A stretch of 64,000 nt of DNA from Porticoccaceae bacterium (GCA_024644585.1 JAHEHM010000066.1:16479-80478); one strand, 5' to 3'; shown: positions 1 through 9,256, counted from the first letter of the stretch. The notes: generated by a model not told the origin, from the sequence alone. Numbers and translations are program-made.

Positions 1-1290
1 ACAGGCAATCAAACCACCCATGGTCAAATTGCCATTAACAATGGAATAAGCACCAGCAGCAACAATACCCACATAACTTAACTGCTGAATAGACTGGGTT
101 GAACTGGTAGAAAATGCTGTTAGCAATTTAGATTTCAAATCAGTGGTAGTAATAGTTTTAGTAAGCTCACGCCAACGATCTTCTAACTTCCATTCCGCAG
201 AGGCCGCTTTAACCGACTCAACACCATCAATAGCCTCAATTAGTAAGCCATTTTTCTTATTTGACTCTTCCATACTTTCAGCTGTGTAGCGTTCAATTGG
301 GCCCTTCATGGCCAAACCAATCAAAAGACCCACCGGAATCATCAACAACGGTACAAAAGCCACCGGACCGGCAATAATGTAAATCACCAGAATAAATATC
401 AAAGCAAACGGCGCATCAGCCAAAATAAACAATGCTGAAGAGGTCATAAAGTTACGTACAGACTCAAAATGCCTAATTTGCGAGGCAAAGGTACCCACAG
501 TTTGCGGGCGGCAATCTGAACGTATCGCAAGAGCTTTAGAAAAGAACACACCAGACAACTCTAAATCGATCGCTTTACTCGCCTTATCGACTAAATGCGA
601 ACGAACCAGCTTCATGATTAGCTCAAAGAAGATCGCAATAAATACACCAATGGTTAGAACCCAAAGCGTGCTAAAGCCCTTGGTAGGTACAACTCTATCG
701 TAAACCTGCATGGTATACAGCGCCGACATGATGCCAAAGGTACTTAATACAAACGTAGCGAAGATCGCTTCAAAAAATACTCCACGTCGCTTTCTTGCAG
801 CGTAAATAAACCAATCCTTTGCAGAGAACCCAGCCATCTCAGCCTGCAAGCTCTGATCCTGATGAACCAATAGCTGTATAACCTGACCCTCAGCCAGATC
901 ATCTTCTGAGACCGAATCTACTTTCCAATCGGAACCCTCAGCTATGTATTCACCATTCTGCTTGCCGCGTAATAACTTAAGTTGCTCGCCATCGGCAGAT
1001 ACCCAAAACACCGGAAAATCAGACTTCACTAATTCCGGAATCGACAACTTAGTTATAGGACCCTCAGGAAAGCGTTCATTCCATATTGCCACCGCCTGAT
1101 CCGCAAGGGACATATCTTCTAAGGCAACGCCAGACTCAGCTTCTTGCTGATAAACAAAGCGATGTGCAGGAACAGCAACGCCCTGCAATGATGCAAGGCG
1201 TGATAACAAAGCGGCGAGCTCTTCTCTAACGCCGTCCTGTTGGTAAGGGGTAGTCGATTCTATAGTCGAATCGTCAACTAAATCACTCAA
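1..1290 (-). CDS. Type I secretion system ABC transporter (permease/ATPase), LssB-like. Only the N-terminal ~430 aa are in the window; the gene continues past position 1
   Basis: My own minus-strand translation from TTG at 1290 (TTGA overlap with the TolC-like stop) stays open to position 1. It shows a cysteine-free ~165-aa N-terminal domain followed by ABC type-1 TM helices (GVFFEAIFATFVLSTFGIMSALYTMQVYDRVVP...). It is absent from the ORF track because it runs off the edge. Confidence 0.8.
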   Translation of the reverse strand, partial: MSDLVDDSTIESTTPYQQDGVREELAALLSRLASLQGVAVPAHRFVYQQEAESGVALEDMSLADQAVAIWNERFPEGPITKLSIPELVKSDFPVFWVSADGEQLKLLRGKQNGEYIAEGSDWKVDSVSEDDLAEGQVIQLLVHQDQSLQAEMAGFSAKDWFIYAARKRRGVFFEAIFATFVLSTFGIMSALYTMQVYDRVVPTKGFSTLWVLTIGVFIAIFFELIMKLVRSHLVDKASKAIDLELSGVFFSKALAIRSDCRPQTVGTFASQIRHFESVRNFMTSSALFILADAPFALIFILVIYIIAGPVAFVPLLMIPVGLLIGLAMKGPIERYTAESMEESNKKNGLLIEAIDGVESVKAASAEWKLEDRWRELTKTITTTDLKSKLLTAFSTSSTQSIQQLSYVGIVAAGAYSIVNGNLTMGGLIAC

Positions 1291-2549
1291 AGCTTAACAC
1301 CTAAAATTGTCGGATTAATTTCATTCATCAAAACCCTTAGTCGATAGATTGAAGTGAGATACTGCACCTCAAAATCAACCAGAGTATTTCTTGCCTGCGT
1401 TGCCTCGCGCTGAGCATTTAAAACATCTAACCAAGACTTCTTGCCCACCGCATACTGACGCAAATAGGATTCAATCACTGAATTTGTTGCATCAACTAAC
1501 ATTTTTGAGGGCTCTAACTGAAATGAAACCGAGGCATATTCATTCCAAGCTGTTTTAATCTGACGGCGTAATTCACGCTTTTCAGCTTCAAGACTGTCGC
1601 GAGCAGATTGCTTTCTTTGTTTAGCGGCAGAAATCGAAGAGGCCACAGCTAGACCAGCACCAGGCTGAAACTGAACAGACACAAAGGTCTCTTCTTGATC
1701 AACACGAGAAGGATCAGGATCGTTATAACGCTTTTCATAAGCCAAGGATACTTGAGGATATAAGGCTGATTTGGCAGATTTTATATTAGCCTCAAAACCC
1801 TTAATCTCAGATTCAATACGCGCAATACGAGGAGAAACCTTAATACCCGTGGCGACTGCCTCATTAAGTCCAATACCAAATGGTTCGGGGTTTTTATTAA
1901 CAAGTACCGCATCGATAACACGACCTACAGTCAACTCAAGGGAAGCTTTAGAAATATCTTTAGCACTGGCTGCCTGGATCTGAGCAGATCTAGCGGACTG
2001 CAAGCGCGCCTGCGCCAACATTGCATCTACATCTGGGCTTGTTGCCGCCTCAACACGACGCTCAATAATTTCATATAAACGCTGATGCTCATCAACATTT
2101 AGGCTAGCAATTTCTAATTTTTTTTCAGATTTAAAGTAATCAAAAAACAAACCAATTGTTTCAAGCATTACCGATTGCTGCGCTTCAGAAATACCTGAAA
2201 GAGCACCGTCTCTATTAGACTTAGCTAAATCAATGTCTGCATTGATACGCCCACCCATCCAAATAGGCATACTCGCAGTAGTCACATCCTGTTTAACATC
2301 AGTAGAAGATTCTTGGGCACTAGCACCTACTGTTGGAAAACGACTCCAGCGAGAAGCAGCAAGCTCACTCTTAGCTGCGCGATACTGCCCCTCAGCACTC
2401 AAAATCAACGGATGGGTTTTAATCGCATACTGTATAGCCTGATCAACAGATAATGCTTTCGCCTCACTGGGGCTTTCAGCCTGCAATGTAATAGAAACCG
2501 ACAGCGACAATAAAGCTAATATTTTTTTAAAATTATTTAAAGATGTCAC
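1287..2549 (-). CDS. TolC-family outer membrane efflux protein (type I secretion OMP)
   Basis: 420-aa ORF with a signal peptide (LSLSVSITLQA|E). It has two TolC-type repeat halves rich in coiled-coil A/Q/R/L segments. It is 4-nt overlapped with the downstream T1SS ABC gene. Confidence 0.85.
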   Translation of the reverse strand: MTSLNNFKKILALLSLSVSITLQAESPSEAKALSVDQAIQYAIKTHPLILSAEGQYRAAKSELAASRWSRFPTVGASAQESSTDVKQDVTTASMPIWMGGRINADIDLAKSNRDGALSGISEAQQSVMLETIGLFFDYFKSEKKLEIASLNVDEHQRLYEIIERRVEAATSPDVDAMLAQARLQSARSAQIQAASAKDISKASLELTVGRVIDAVLVNKNPEPFGIGLNEAVATGIKVSPRIARIESEIKGFEANIKSAKSALYPQVSLAYEKRYNDPDPSRVDQEETFVSVQFQPGAGLAVASSISAAKQRKQSARDSLEAEKRELRRQIKTAWNEYASVSFQLEPSKMLVDATNSVIESYLRQYAVGKKSWLDVLNAQREATQARNTLVDFEVQYLTSIYRLRVLMNEINPTILGVKL

Positions 2550-2846
2550 GTTTTAACCACGCAATATTATTAATATTTGTTGTTTTTAAATTTTCTAATC
2601 ATAGTCTGCAAAATGCAGCGTATGGACCACTAAAAAAAAACTTTTCCCTAATACCGACTTTATGGTTTATAAGACCCAAAGTCAATCTGATAAATGCCCA
2701 AATAGCCTGATATAGAGACAAATTTACCATATAAAAAAACCATCGAAATAAATAAAGAAAAAAAGGAAAAAAACAAAGAAATAAAGAAATAAAGAAATAA
2801 ATCAACAGCAACGTTTATTATCACCATCAACCAAAACAGATAGGCG

Positions 2847-2876
2847 AAAAAAAACGGCCGCAAAAGCGGCCGTTTT
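2847..2876 (-). terminator. Rho-independent terminator (bidirectional hairpin) after the giant CBM protein gene
   Basis: CGGCCGC-AAAA-GCGGCCG perfect stem, flanked by A8 on the plus strand (T8 on the minus strand) and by TTTT. It lies 26 nt downstream of the stop at 2902. Confidence 0.8.
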
Positions 2877-2901
2877 AATTGTTTCTCTAATAGTTTAACT
2901 A

Positions 2902-5900
2902 TTAGGGAGTCATGCTACCGATATAATCTTCAATATCTGCAGCTGTCGTGCGCGTAGCACCGTTACCAACAGCACCTGAAATTACCGCATCGCCTGTCAA
3001 ACCAAACAGCGAGCGAAGTAACATCAGACCATCAGTCAATGCATCAACCACACCATTGCCATCAATATCAGCAAATGAGCTAGATGCAGTCTCTAACGCC
3101 GCCAATACTTCTTCAGAAGACATTGGAGAATCACCGGCAATAGCACCATCTGTTACAGCAGCGCCAGTAAGACCGAATGCATAACGAAGCAACATTAGAC
3201 CATCTGTCAACGCATCAGCAGTACCATTACCATCGAAGTCAAAGCTTCCGCTTAGAATATCCATAGTATATGGCGTTGCATCAAACTGATAACCAGCAGC
3301 ATTACTTGCAGCAGAGAAGTTAATCACTGTGCTTACCAGACTGTCATCGTCAGCAACATTAAATGTTGCAGTCAACAGGTCAGCTGGTAATGAACCAGGC
3401 CAGTTACCAAACAAAGATGCCCAGTTCGCAGTAATGTACTTATCAGTTGAAGCATCACCATCTTCGTTATCAGTATCATTCGCAGGCTGGCCCGATGAAA
3501 TATTATCTGTAGACAATACATCAGCAAACTCAACAAATGTCAGTACTGAACTATCGTAATGAACACGTAAGCCCAAGCCAGTTAACGAAGAATCTGCATC
3601 AGAAACGTCATAACCAACGGTTACAGATACTGGCGAACCAACCATACCCTTAGGCGAACCACTTACAAATACAGACTGCTTAGGACCTTCCTGAACTGCT
3701 GGATCGTTAGGTGCAAAATCAGCATTATCACCTACACCATCGTTGTCGCTATCAGCTGTTTCTGAAGCGTCGTTCGGGAACGCATCTGCATTATCACCAG
3801 TTCCGTCACTGTCAGAGTCAGTCGTTTCAGAAGCATCGTTCGGGAACGCATCTTCATCATCGTTAACACCGTCATTGTCAGAATCAACTGGGCCAGCTGG
3901 CGCAGCGGAGATGGCAATATCAGTTACTACAACACCCACATCCTGAGTATTTAGATACAACAGGAATGAACTGAACGTGTTAGCACCCTGAGCAGCTACA
4001 GCGATTGTATAAGTCGCTGCATCCGCACCACTTACTGTAACTGCTTCAGTGTTGAACGAAGGCTCAGTATCTGGGTGTGGGTTCTTTTCAAAGCGGAAGC
4101 GTACATCAGCATCACCACCTGCAGGTACAGAACCTGTAAAGGTAATTACGCTATCTTCAGCAATTGTCATTGGGTAAAGCGAAGTGTTCATGTTAGCGAA
4201 ACCAGCCCAAGCTTCAGTGCCTGATGGATAGGTATAAACTGAACCTTCTCCAATCGTAGTACCACCAAAGGCTTCAGTAATCACAAAACCGTCAGCAGGT
4301 GTGTACTCTGGATCAGTTCCACCAGTGTCAGTTGATGTACCAGCACATGCATCATATGTGTTAGCAGCATCACCTGAGCCTAGAACAAGTACACGGTTTG
4401 CCCAGCCTGAGTAATCAGTGATCAATGAACCACCATCTATCTCAGCAGCACACTCAGCATTCGCAGCATTATCAATTAAGTTCTCTTGAACACCATCAAC
4501 AACCCACAAGTATTGCATGTTCTCGGTCGGTGCAGGATCTAACGTCACTGTCCAAGTACCATCACCATTATCAGATGCTACTGGACCACCATTTGGATCC
4601 CAGCCCCACGAAGGACCCGTCAAACGTACCGCAGATCCATCAGTCGTCAATACAAGGTCAACAGCTGTTGGCTCTGGATCAGTTCCACCAGTATCACCAC
4701 CAGTATCACCGGCTACTCCAAGGTTAGCTGTGCCGGTGTGACCAGCTGTCAAGCTCACGTTATCAATACTAACAGCACCAGCATCAGCACCCATATCGAA
4801 AATAACACGGCTTGTATCGCCACCGAAGGTGTCACCTGTACCATCCAACGCAGCAGTCAAATGCATAACAATTGTCTGCGTGGTAGCACTAACATTAACT
4901 GTGTCAGTATGACCTAAGTAAGGAGCAACAGACTGACCAATACCTGCAACGATTGTACGGTCAGCACCAGTTACATCAAATGACAACGTGTAGTCTGAAC
5001 CCGCTGTAACATTGACATAGCCACTTAGGTTTACATCCCATGGATTTCCAGCAGCACCAACATCAGCCTGGTTAACACCTTCAACCGGGTTGTAAGCATT
5101 ACCATACCAAGTAGATGATGTAGCTTCGTCAAATGTACCATCAGTTACAAGATTACCAGTTGTTGGAGGTGTACCACCAGTATCTCCACCAGTATCACCA
5201 CCAGTATCACCGGCTACTCCAAGGTTAGCTGTGCCGGTGTGACCAGCTGTCAAGCTCACGTTATCAATACTAACAGCACCAGCATCAGCACCCATATCGA
5301 AAATAACACGGCTTGTATCGCCACCGAAGGTGTCACCTGTACCATCCAACGCAGCAGTCAAATGCATAACAATTGTCTGCGTGGTAGCACTAACATTAAC
5401 TGTGTCAGTATGACCTAAGTAAGGAGCAACAGACTGACCAATACCTGCAACGATTGTACGGTCAGCACCAGTTACATCAAATGACAACGTGTAGTCTGAA
5501 CCCGCTGTAACATTGACATAGCCACTTAGGTTTACATCCCATGGATTTCCAGCAGCACCAACATCAGCCTGGTTAACACCTTCAACCGGGTTGTAAGCAT
5601 TACCATACCAAGTAGATGATGTAGCTTCGTCAAATGTACCATCAGTTACAAGATTACCAGTTGTTGGAAGTGTACCACCAGTATCTCCACCAGTATCTCC
5701 ACCAGTGCCGGCACATGCATCGTATGTATCTGATGCGTTCCCTGAATCTAGAACATGTACACGATTAGCATAGTTAGCATAATCAGTGATTAATGATCCA
5801 CCATCTATCTCAGCTGCACACTCAGCATTCGCAGCATTGTCAATTAGGTTCTCTTGAGCACCATCAACAACCCACAAGTATTCCATGTTCTCAGTCGGTG

Positions 5901-7881
5901 CAGGATCAAGGCCAACAGTCCAAGTGCCATCACCATTATTAACGGCTTCTGGACCGCCAGCAGGATCCCAACTCCACCAAGGGCCTGTCATACGAACTGC
6001 AGTTGCATCAGGTGCAGACACAGTTAGCAATAGACCAGATAAAACAGTACCAGTATCACCAGCACCATCATAATCAGCAGCACAGCCGCCGTAGTAAACA
6101 GTGTCTAGAACTGCATCACCATCAACGGAAACTGTACGGTTGATAAATTCTGGTTGATCACCATTTTCATCTTCTGCACCAAGGCTTACCGAGGCACAAC
6201 TTGCGTCAGCCGCTAGAGGCTCTTGCGCAACATCTAACTTGTAAACATATGTGTGGAAGCCAGGCTCTAGCTCAATAGGAAGCAACCAAACACCGTCACC
6301 ATTGTCATCAGTCATTGGTGCACAGCCACCGCAGTAACCATTAAATGAACCCTCAACAATTGGTACAGCACCAGCTAGATCAACGCCCGTCATATCAACA
6401 GAGAAAGTCACTGTTCCACCAACAGTTGGATCAACACCGCCACCACTATCAGCATCAACATTAGCAACCACATCAGTAATTACCACTGGCACATCAAGTG
6501 TATCTAAATACATAATAAATGAGGCAAAGGTATTAGCACCCTGCGCAGGAACATTTATTGTATAAGACGCTATTTCAGCGCCAGAAACTGTTGCCACCTC
6601 TGTATTAAACGAAGGCTCAGTATCAGGATGTGGGTTCTTTTCAAAACGGAAACGAACATCTACATCGCCACCAGAGGGAACAGAGGCGTTAAAGGTAATT
6701 GTACCCGCTTCTGTTAACTTAATTGGATATAAACTAGCATTAAGATTCGCAAAACCACCCCACGATTGGGCAGATGCAGGACGATTGTAAGCTAAACCTT
6801 CACCAATTTCTGTATCACCAAAGGCCTCGTTAAATGCAGCCGCAGCAACATTAGTAAAGTTAGCATCGTCATCTAATGGCAATGGATCATTGGCATCTTC
6901 GATACCATCATTGTCATCATCATTATCAATTAGATCAGGTGTACCATCACCATCAGTATCAACTGCATTACAGGTGTTAAAGACATCACTATCAATAACA
7001 ACGGCTTCTGTAACACCACCCTCTGGGGCAACCCACTGGCGGTAAGCAACGGAATCAACTAGATTCTCTTGTTCGCAAAGACCACTATCATTTTGACTAA
7101 CGAGATCTTCCCAATCAACTTGCGAAAGACCTGAATCAGAAACCCACTGATAGCTAAATGAACCAGGAACAGAATCTAGCACTACAGTCCAGGTATCATC
7201 ACCATTTGAAGTTGCAGTATATGCATCATTGGGGTTACCAATCGTTTTGCCATCAATATTAGTTGCTAGCAATACCATTGAAGCACCAGGCGCCGTAACG
7301 GTAAGGCTAAAGCCTAAATCATTAGAAGTTTCTGTACCAGTGTGACCAGCTGTCAAGCTCACGTTATCAATACTAACAGCACCAACATCAGCACCCATAT
7401 CGAAAATCACACGAGTTGTATCGCCACCAAAGTCTTCACCTACACCGTCCGCCTTGGCAGTCAAATGCATAACAATTGTCTGTGTGGAAGCACTAACAGT
7501 AATTGTGTCAGTATGACCCAGGTAAGGAGCAACAGACTGACCAAAACCCGCAACTATCGTACGGTCAGCACCAGTTACATCAAATGACAACGTGTAGTCT
7601 GCACCCGCTGTAACATTGACATATCCACTCAGGTTCACATCCCATGGATTTCCAGCAGCACCAATATCAGCCTGGTTAACGCCATCGACTGGATTATAAG
7701 CATTACCATACCAAGTAGTCGATGTGGCTTCGTCAAATGTACCATCAGTGACAAGGTTATTTGCCATTGAAGCCGAACTAAACAAAATCAGCATAGCAGC
7801 AAAAATTGACTTAGCTGTTAATGACTTAAAACAGCTACCCATAGATGTAAAAATTGAAATACAAGATCTTAGATGTCGCAT
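2902..7881 (-). CDS. Secreted 1,659-aa multi-module protein: three CBM4_9-like modules, three CBM20/48-like beta-sandwich modules, two copies of an unknown ~130-aa module, TSP3-type Ca repeats, a cohesin-like module and a C-terminal dockerin-like module
   Basis: Sec-type signal peptide (KSIFAAMLILFSSASMA|NN). Repeated NLVTDGTFDE...VSIDNVSLTAGHTG modules. DxDxDGxxDxxD runs (DSDNDGVNDDEDAFPND...). Cohesin-like SPVSVTVGYDV..LGLRVHYDSSVLTFVEF. Two dockerin EF-hand-like segments DFDGNGTADALTDGLMLLRY and DIDGNGVVDALTDGLMLLRS. The start could be M1 (7881) or M14 (7842). Confidence 0.85.
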   Translation of the reverse strand: MRHLRSCISIFTSMGSCFKSLTAKSIFAAMLILFSSASMANNLVTDGTFDEATSTTWYGNAYNPVDGVNQADIGAAGNPWDVNLSGYVNVTAGADYTLSFDVTGADRTIVAGFGQSVAPYLGHTDTITVSASTQTIVMHLTAKADGVGEDFGGDTTRVIFDMGADVGAVSIDNVSLTAGHTGTETSNDLGFSLTVTAPGASMVLLATNIDGKTIGNPNDAYTATSNGDDTWTVVLDSVPGSFSYQWVSDSGLSQVDWEDLVSQNDSGLCEQENLVDSVAYRQWVAPEGGVTEAVVIDSDVFNTCNAVDTDGDGTPDLIDNDDDNDGIEDANDPLPLDDDANFTNVAAAAFNEAFGDTEIGEGLAYNRPASAQSWGGFANLNASLYPIKLTEAGTITFNASVPSGGDVDVRFRFEKNPHPDTEPSFNTEVATVSGAEIASYTINVPAQGANTFASFIMYLDTLDVPVVITDVVANVDADSGGGVDPTVGGTVTFSVDMTGVDLAGAVPIVEGSFNGYCGGCAPMTDDNGDGVWLLPIELEPGFHTYVYKLDVAQEPLAADASCASVSLGAEDENGDQPEFINRTVSVDGDAVLDTVYYGGCAADYDGAGDTGTVLSGLLLTVSAPDATAVRMTGPWWSWDPAGGPEAVNNGDGTWTVGLDPAPTENMEYLWVVDGAQENLIDNAANAECAAEIDGGSLITDYANYANRVHVLDSGNASDTYDACAGTGGDTGGDTGGTLPTTGNLVTDGTFDEATSSTWYGNAYNPVEGVNQADVGAAGNPWDVNLSGYVNVTAGSDYTLSFDVTGADRTIVAGIGQSVAPYLGHTDTVNVSATTQTIVMHLTAALDGTGDTFGGDTSRVIFDMGADAGAVSIDNVSLTAGHTGTANLGVAGDTGGDTGGDTGGTPPTTGNLVTDGTFDEATSSTWYGNAYNPVEGVNQADVGAAGNPWDVNLSGYVNVTAGSDYTLSFDVTGADRTIVAGIGQSVAPYLGHTDTVNVSATTQTIVMHLTAALDGTGDTFGGDTSRVIFDMGADAGAVSIDNVSLTAGHTGTANLGVAGDTGGDTGGTDPEPTAVDLVLTTDGSAVRLTGPSWGWDPNGGPVASDNGDGTWTVTLDPAPTENMQYLWVVDGVQENLIDNAANAECAAEIDGGSLITDYSGWANRVLVLGSGDAANTYDACAGTSTDTGGTDPEYTPADGFVITEAFGGTTIGEGSVYTYPSGTEAWAGFANMNTSLYPMTIAEDSVITFTGSVPAGGDADVRFRFEKNPHPDTEPSFNTEAVTVSGADAATYTIAVAAQGANTFSSFLLYLNTQDVGVVVTDIAISAAPAGPVDSDNDGVNDDEDAFPNDASETTDSDSDGTGDNADAFPNDASETADSDNDGVGDNADFAPNDPAVQEGPKQSVFVSGSPKGMVGSPVSVTVGYDVSDADSSLTGLGLRVHYDSSVLTFVEFADVLSTDNISSGQPANDTDNEDGDASTDKYITANWASLFGNWPGSLPADLLTATFNVADDDSLVSTVINFSAASNAAGYQFDATPYTMDILSGSFDFDGNGTADALTDGLMLLRYAFGLTGAAVTDGAIAGDSPMSSEEVLAALETASSSFADIDGNGVVDALTDGLMLLRSLFGLTGDAVISGAVGNGATRTTAADIEDYIGSMTP
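4685..5669 (-). repeat. Perfect in-frame tandem duplication, period 501 bp (167 aa), inside the giant gene
   Basis: Compared base by base, 4685-5168 is identical to 5186-5669 (484 bp). The first mismatch is at 5169 versus 5670. A diverged third copy lies at about 7330-7760. Confidence 0.9.
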
Positions 7882-8179
7882 AATTATTTTTATCCAATAT
7901 TATTAAACTTTAGATGCCCCAACAGAAGCAATCACTTCAAACTGATAATCGGCAAACCCTCATGCCAAAAACCAAAAAAAATGGAAAAAGACTCATCTGT
8001 AACTTTAATTACTAGATTAAATACAAAATGGTTTATAGATTAGAAAGCGCCGAACAAAGCTTAAAGCCCAACAAACCCCATACCAAAATAAACAATTTAT
8101 ATTGTCTTATTATTAAAATCACAGGAAGAATCTATATTTTTCCTTACTCTGATTGTCAGGCTCATCGTATCTTTAAACC

Positions 8180-8205
8180 ACCCCTATAAGTTAAGAGGGG
8201 TTTTT
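8180..8205. terminator. Stem-loop with T-run, possibly a terminator or insulator between the tRNA operon and the giant gene promoter region
   Basis: ACCCCT-N10-AGGGGT followed by TTTTT on the plus strand. The minus-strand T-tract is weak, so orientation and function are uncertain. Confidence 0.3.
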
Positions 8206-8290
8206 AATGCGCTGAAATGGAGGAATGTAAAGTTTTATTTACTTTTGCATAGATGCCTATTTTTCATAAAAATAGGGCGGATGCCTTGAA

Positions 8291-8377
8291 TGGTGCCCGG
8301 GGCCGGACTTGAACCGGCACGGTGTTGCCACCGAGGGATTTTAAGTCCCTTGCGTCTACCAATTTCGCCACCCGGGC
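8291..8377 (-). tRNA. leuZ: tRNA-Leu (anticodon TAA), class II with long variable arm
   Basis: The reverse complement is GCCCGGGTGGCGAAATTGGTAGACGCAAGGGACTTAAAATCCCT...GGTTCAAGTCCGGCCCCGGGCACCA. Hand-folded; the anticodon loop is CTTAAAA and the CCA end is encoded. Confidence 0.9.
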
Positions 8378-8380
8378 TTT

Positions 8381-8454
8381 TGGAGGCGCTGGTCGGAATC
8401 GAACCGACGATGGCGGAGTTGCAGTCCACTGCATTACCACTTTGCTACAGCGCC
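8381..8454 (-). tRNA. cysT: tRNA-Cys (anticodon GCA)
   Basis: The reverse complement is GGCGCTGTAGCAAAGTGGTAATGCAGTGGACTGCAACTCCGCC...GGTTCGATTCCGACCAGCGCCTCCA. The anticodon loop is CTGCAAC. Confidence 0.9.
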
Positions 8455-8626
8455 ACAAAAATGTGGACTTTTAAGAACAGGCTTCGACCAGGTAGGTAGT
8501 CAAAAGCAAGGTGCGCTATTCTAAGGTGTGACGACAATAAATCAACTGTTAAAATCGTCTTTTTTGATATGTCGTCGCCAATTATCAAAGAAACCCATGA
8601 AAACAACTCAAAAAGCAGACTGTTTA

Positions 8627-9208
8627 CTAATCCCCAGTAGATTCTGACTCGGAATCTTTATCGCCACGCATTTCAGGCCACGCCTGCTTAAGATAGACCC
8701 ACATAGACCATAATGCCAAGCCCGCAGAAGCATAAAGCCCCAGATAACCAATAACCGCGAAAGCACCAAAGGTTTTACCGGCGAGCAACAAAAATACAAT
8801 AGCCGCCATCTGCACCCAGGTTTTTACCTTACCTATCATAGAAACAGCCACTTCTTCGCGCAGATCTCTTTCAGCCATCCATTCACGCAATGCAGAAATA
8901 ACCACCTCGCGACCAATAATCACCACGGTTGGCAATGCAAACCAAATAGTGGCGTTAGCCTGAAGCAGCATAATTAGTGCCACAATAACAATTAGCTTAT
9001 CCGCCACTGGGTCTAAAAATGCACCAAAGGGGGTTTCAAGACCCATCTTTCGCGCCAAATAGCCATCTACCCAATCAGTTAACGCCGCCAACCCAAAAAT
9101 TGCCGCCGAAGCAACATGACTCCAACCCCAGGGTAAGTAATAAAGAATAACAAACACAGGGATCATACCGATGCGTAGTAAGGTAAGTTGGTTGGGAAGG
9201 TTCCACAT
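8627..9208 (-). CDS. pgsA: CDP-diacylglycerol--glycerol-3-phosphate 3-phosphatidyltransferase
   Basis: N-terminal NLPNQLTLLRI and the CDP-alcohol phosphatidyltransferase motif DWVDGYLAR...GAFLDPVADK. Conserved uvrC-pgsA-tRNA synteny. Confidence 0.9.
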   Translation of the reverse strand: MWNLPNQLTLLRIGMIPVFVILYYLPWGWSHVASAAIFGLAALTDWVDGYLARKMGLETPFGAFLDPVADKLIVIVALIMLLQANATIWFALPTVVIIGREVVISALREWMAERDLREEVAVSMIGKVKTWVQMAAIVFLLLAGKTFGAFAVIGYLGLYASAGLALWSMWVYLKQAWPEMRGDKDSESESTGD

Positions 9209-9256
9209 GGTTAAAAAGTTCTCTTAATTTAGATCAAATATTTATTTTCAACTAAC

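Noticed and set aside
2599-2863. ORFs of 67 and 70 aa in the A/T-rich low-complexity stretch (AAATAAAGAAAT repeats)
   Set aside because: Their composition is F/L/Y-rich because of poly-A/T DNA, and they lack an RBS. The region lies in the promoter/terminator interval between the giant gene and the TolC-like gene.
4685-5669. CRISPR array or other spacer-repeat structure (also considered for 53456-53850)
   Set aside because: The repeats are contiguous in-frame coding duplications (501-bp, 45-bp and 15-bp units) with no unique spacers. No cas genes occur anywhere in the window.
4425-6073. Plus-strand ORFs inside the giant gene (4425-4727, 4517-4741, 5885-6073; also 2948-3184, 3329-3559, 3743-3946 and 7342-7587)
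   Set aside because: They are antisense shadows of a long, clearly coding, repeat-rich gene. Their translations are low-complexity, and they are duplicated only because the sense-strand modules are duplicated.
2902-7881. The giant repeat protein as an RTX-type substrate of the adjacent type I secretion system
   Set aside because: It has a classical N-terminal Sec signal peptide and no GGxGxD nonapeptide repeats. Its Ca-binding repeats are TSP3- and dockerin-type. A strong terminator (2847-2876) plus a ~300-bp AT-rich gap separates it from the TolC/ABC genes.
7882-8290. The tRNA-Leu 3' flank as the attachment site of an island carrying the giant gene and the T1SS
   Set aside because: I found no direct repeat of the tRNA-Leu 3' end and no integrase in the window. 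The far boundary would lie outside the window, so this cannot be supported here.
8235-8499. Three 64-69-aa ORFs at 8235-8499
   Set aside because: They overlap tRNA-Leu and tRNA-Cys. The region folds into canonical cloverleaves, so it is not coding.
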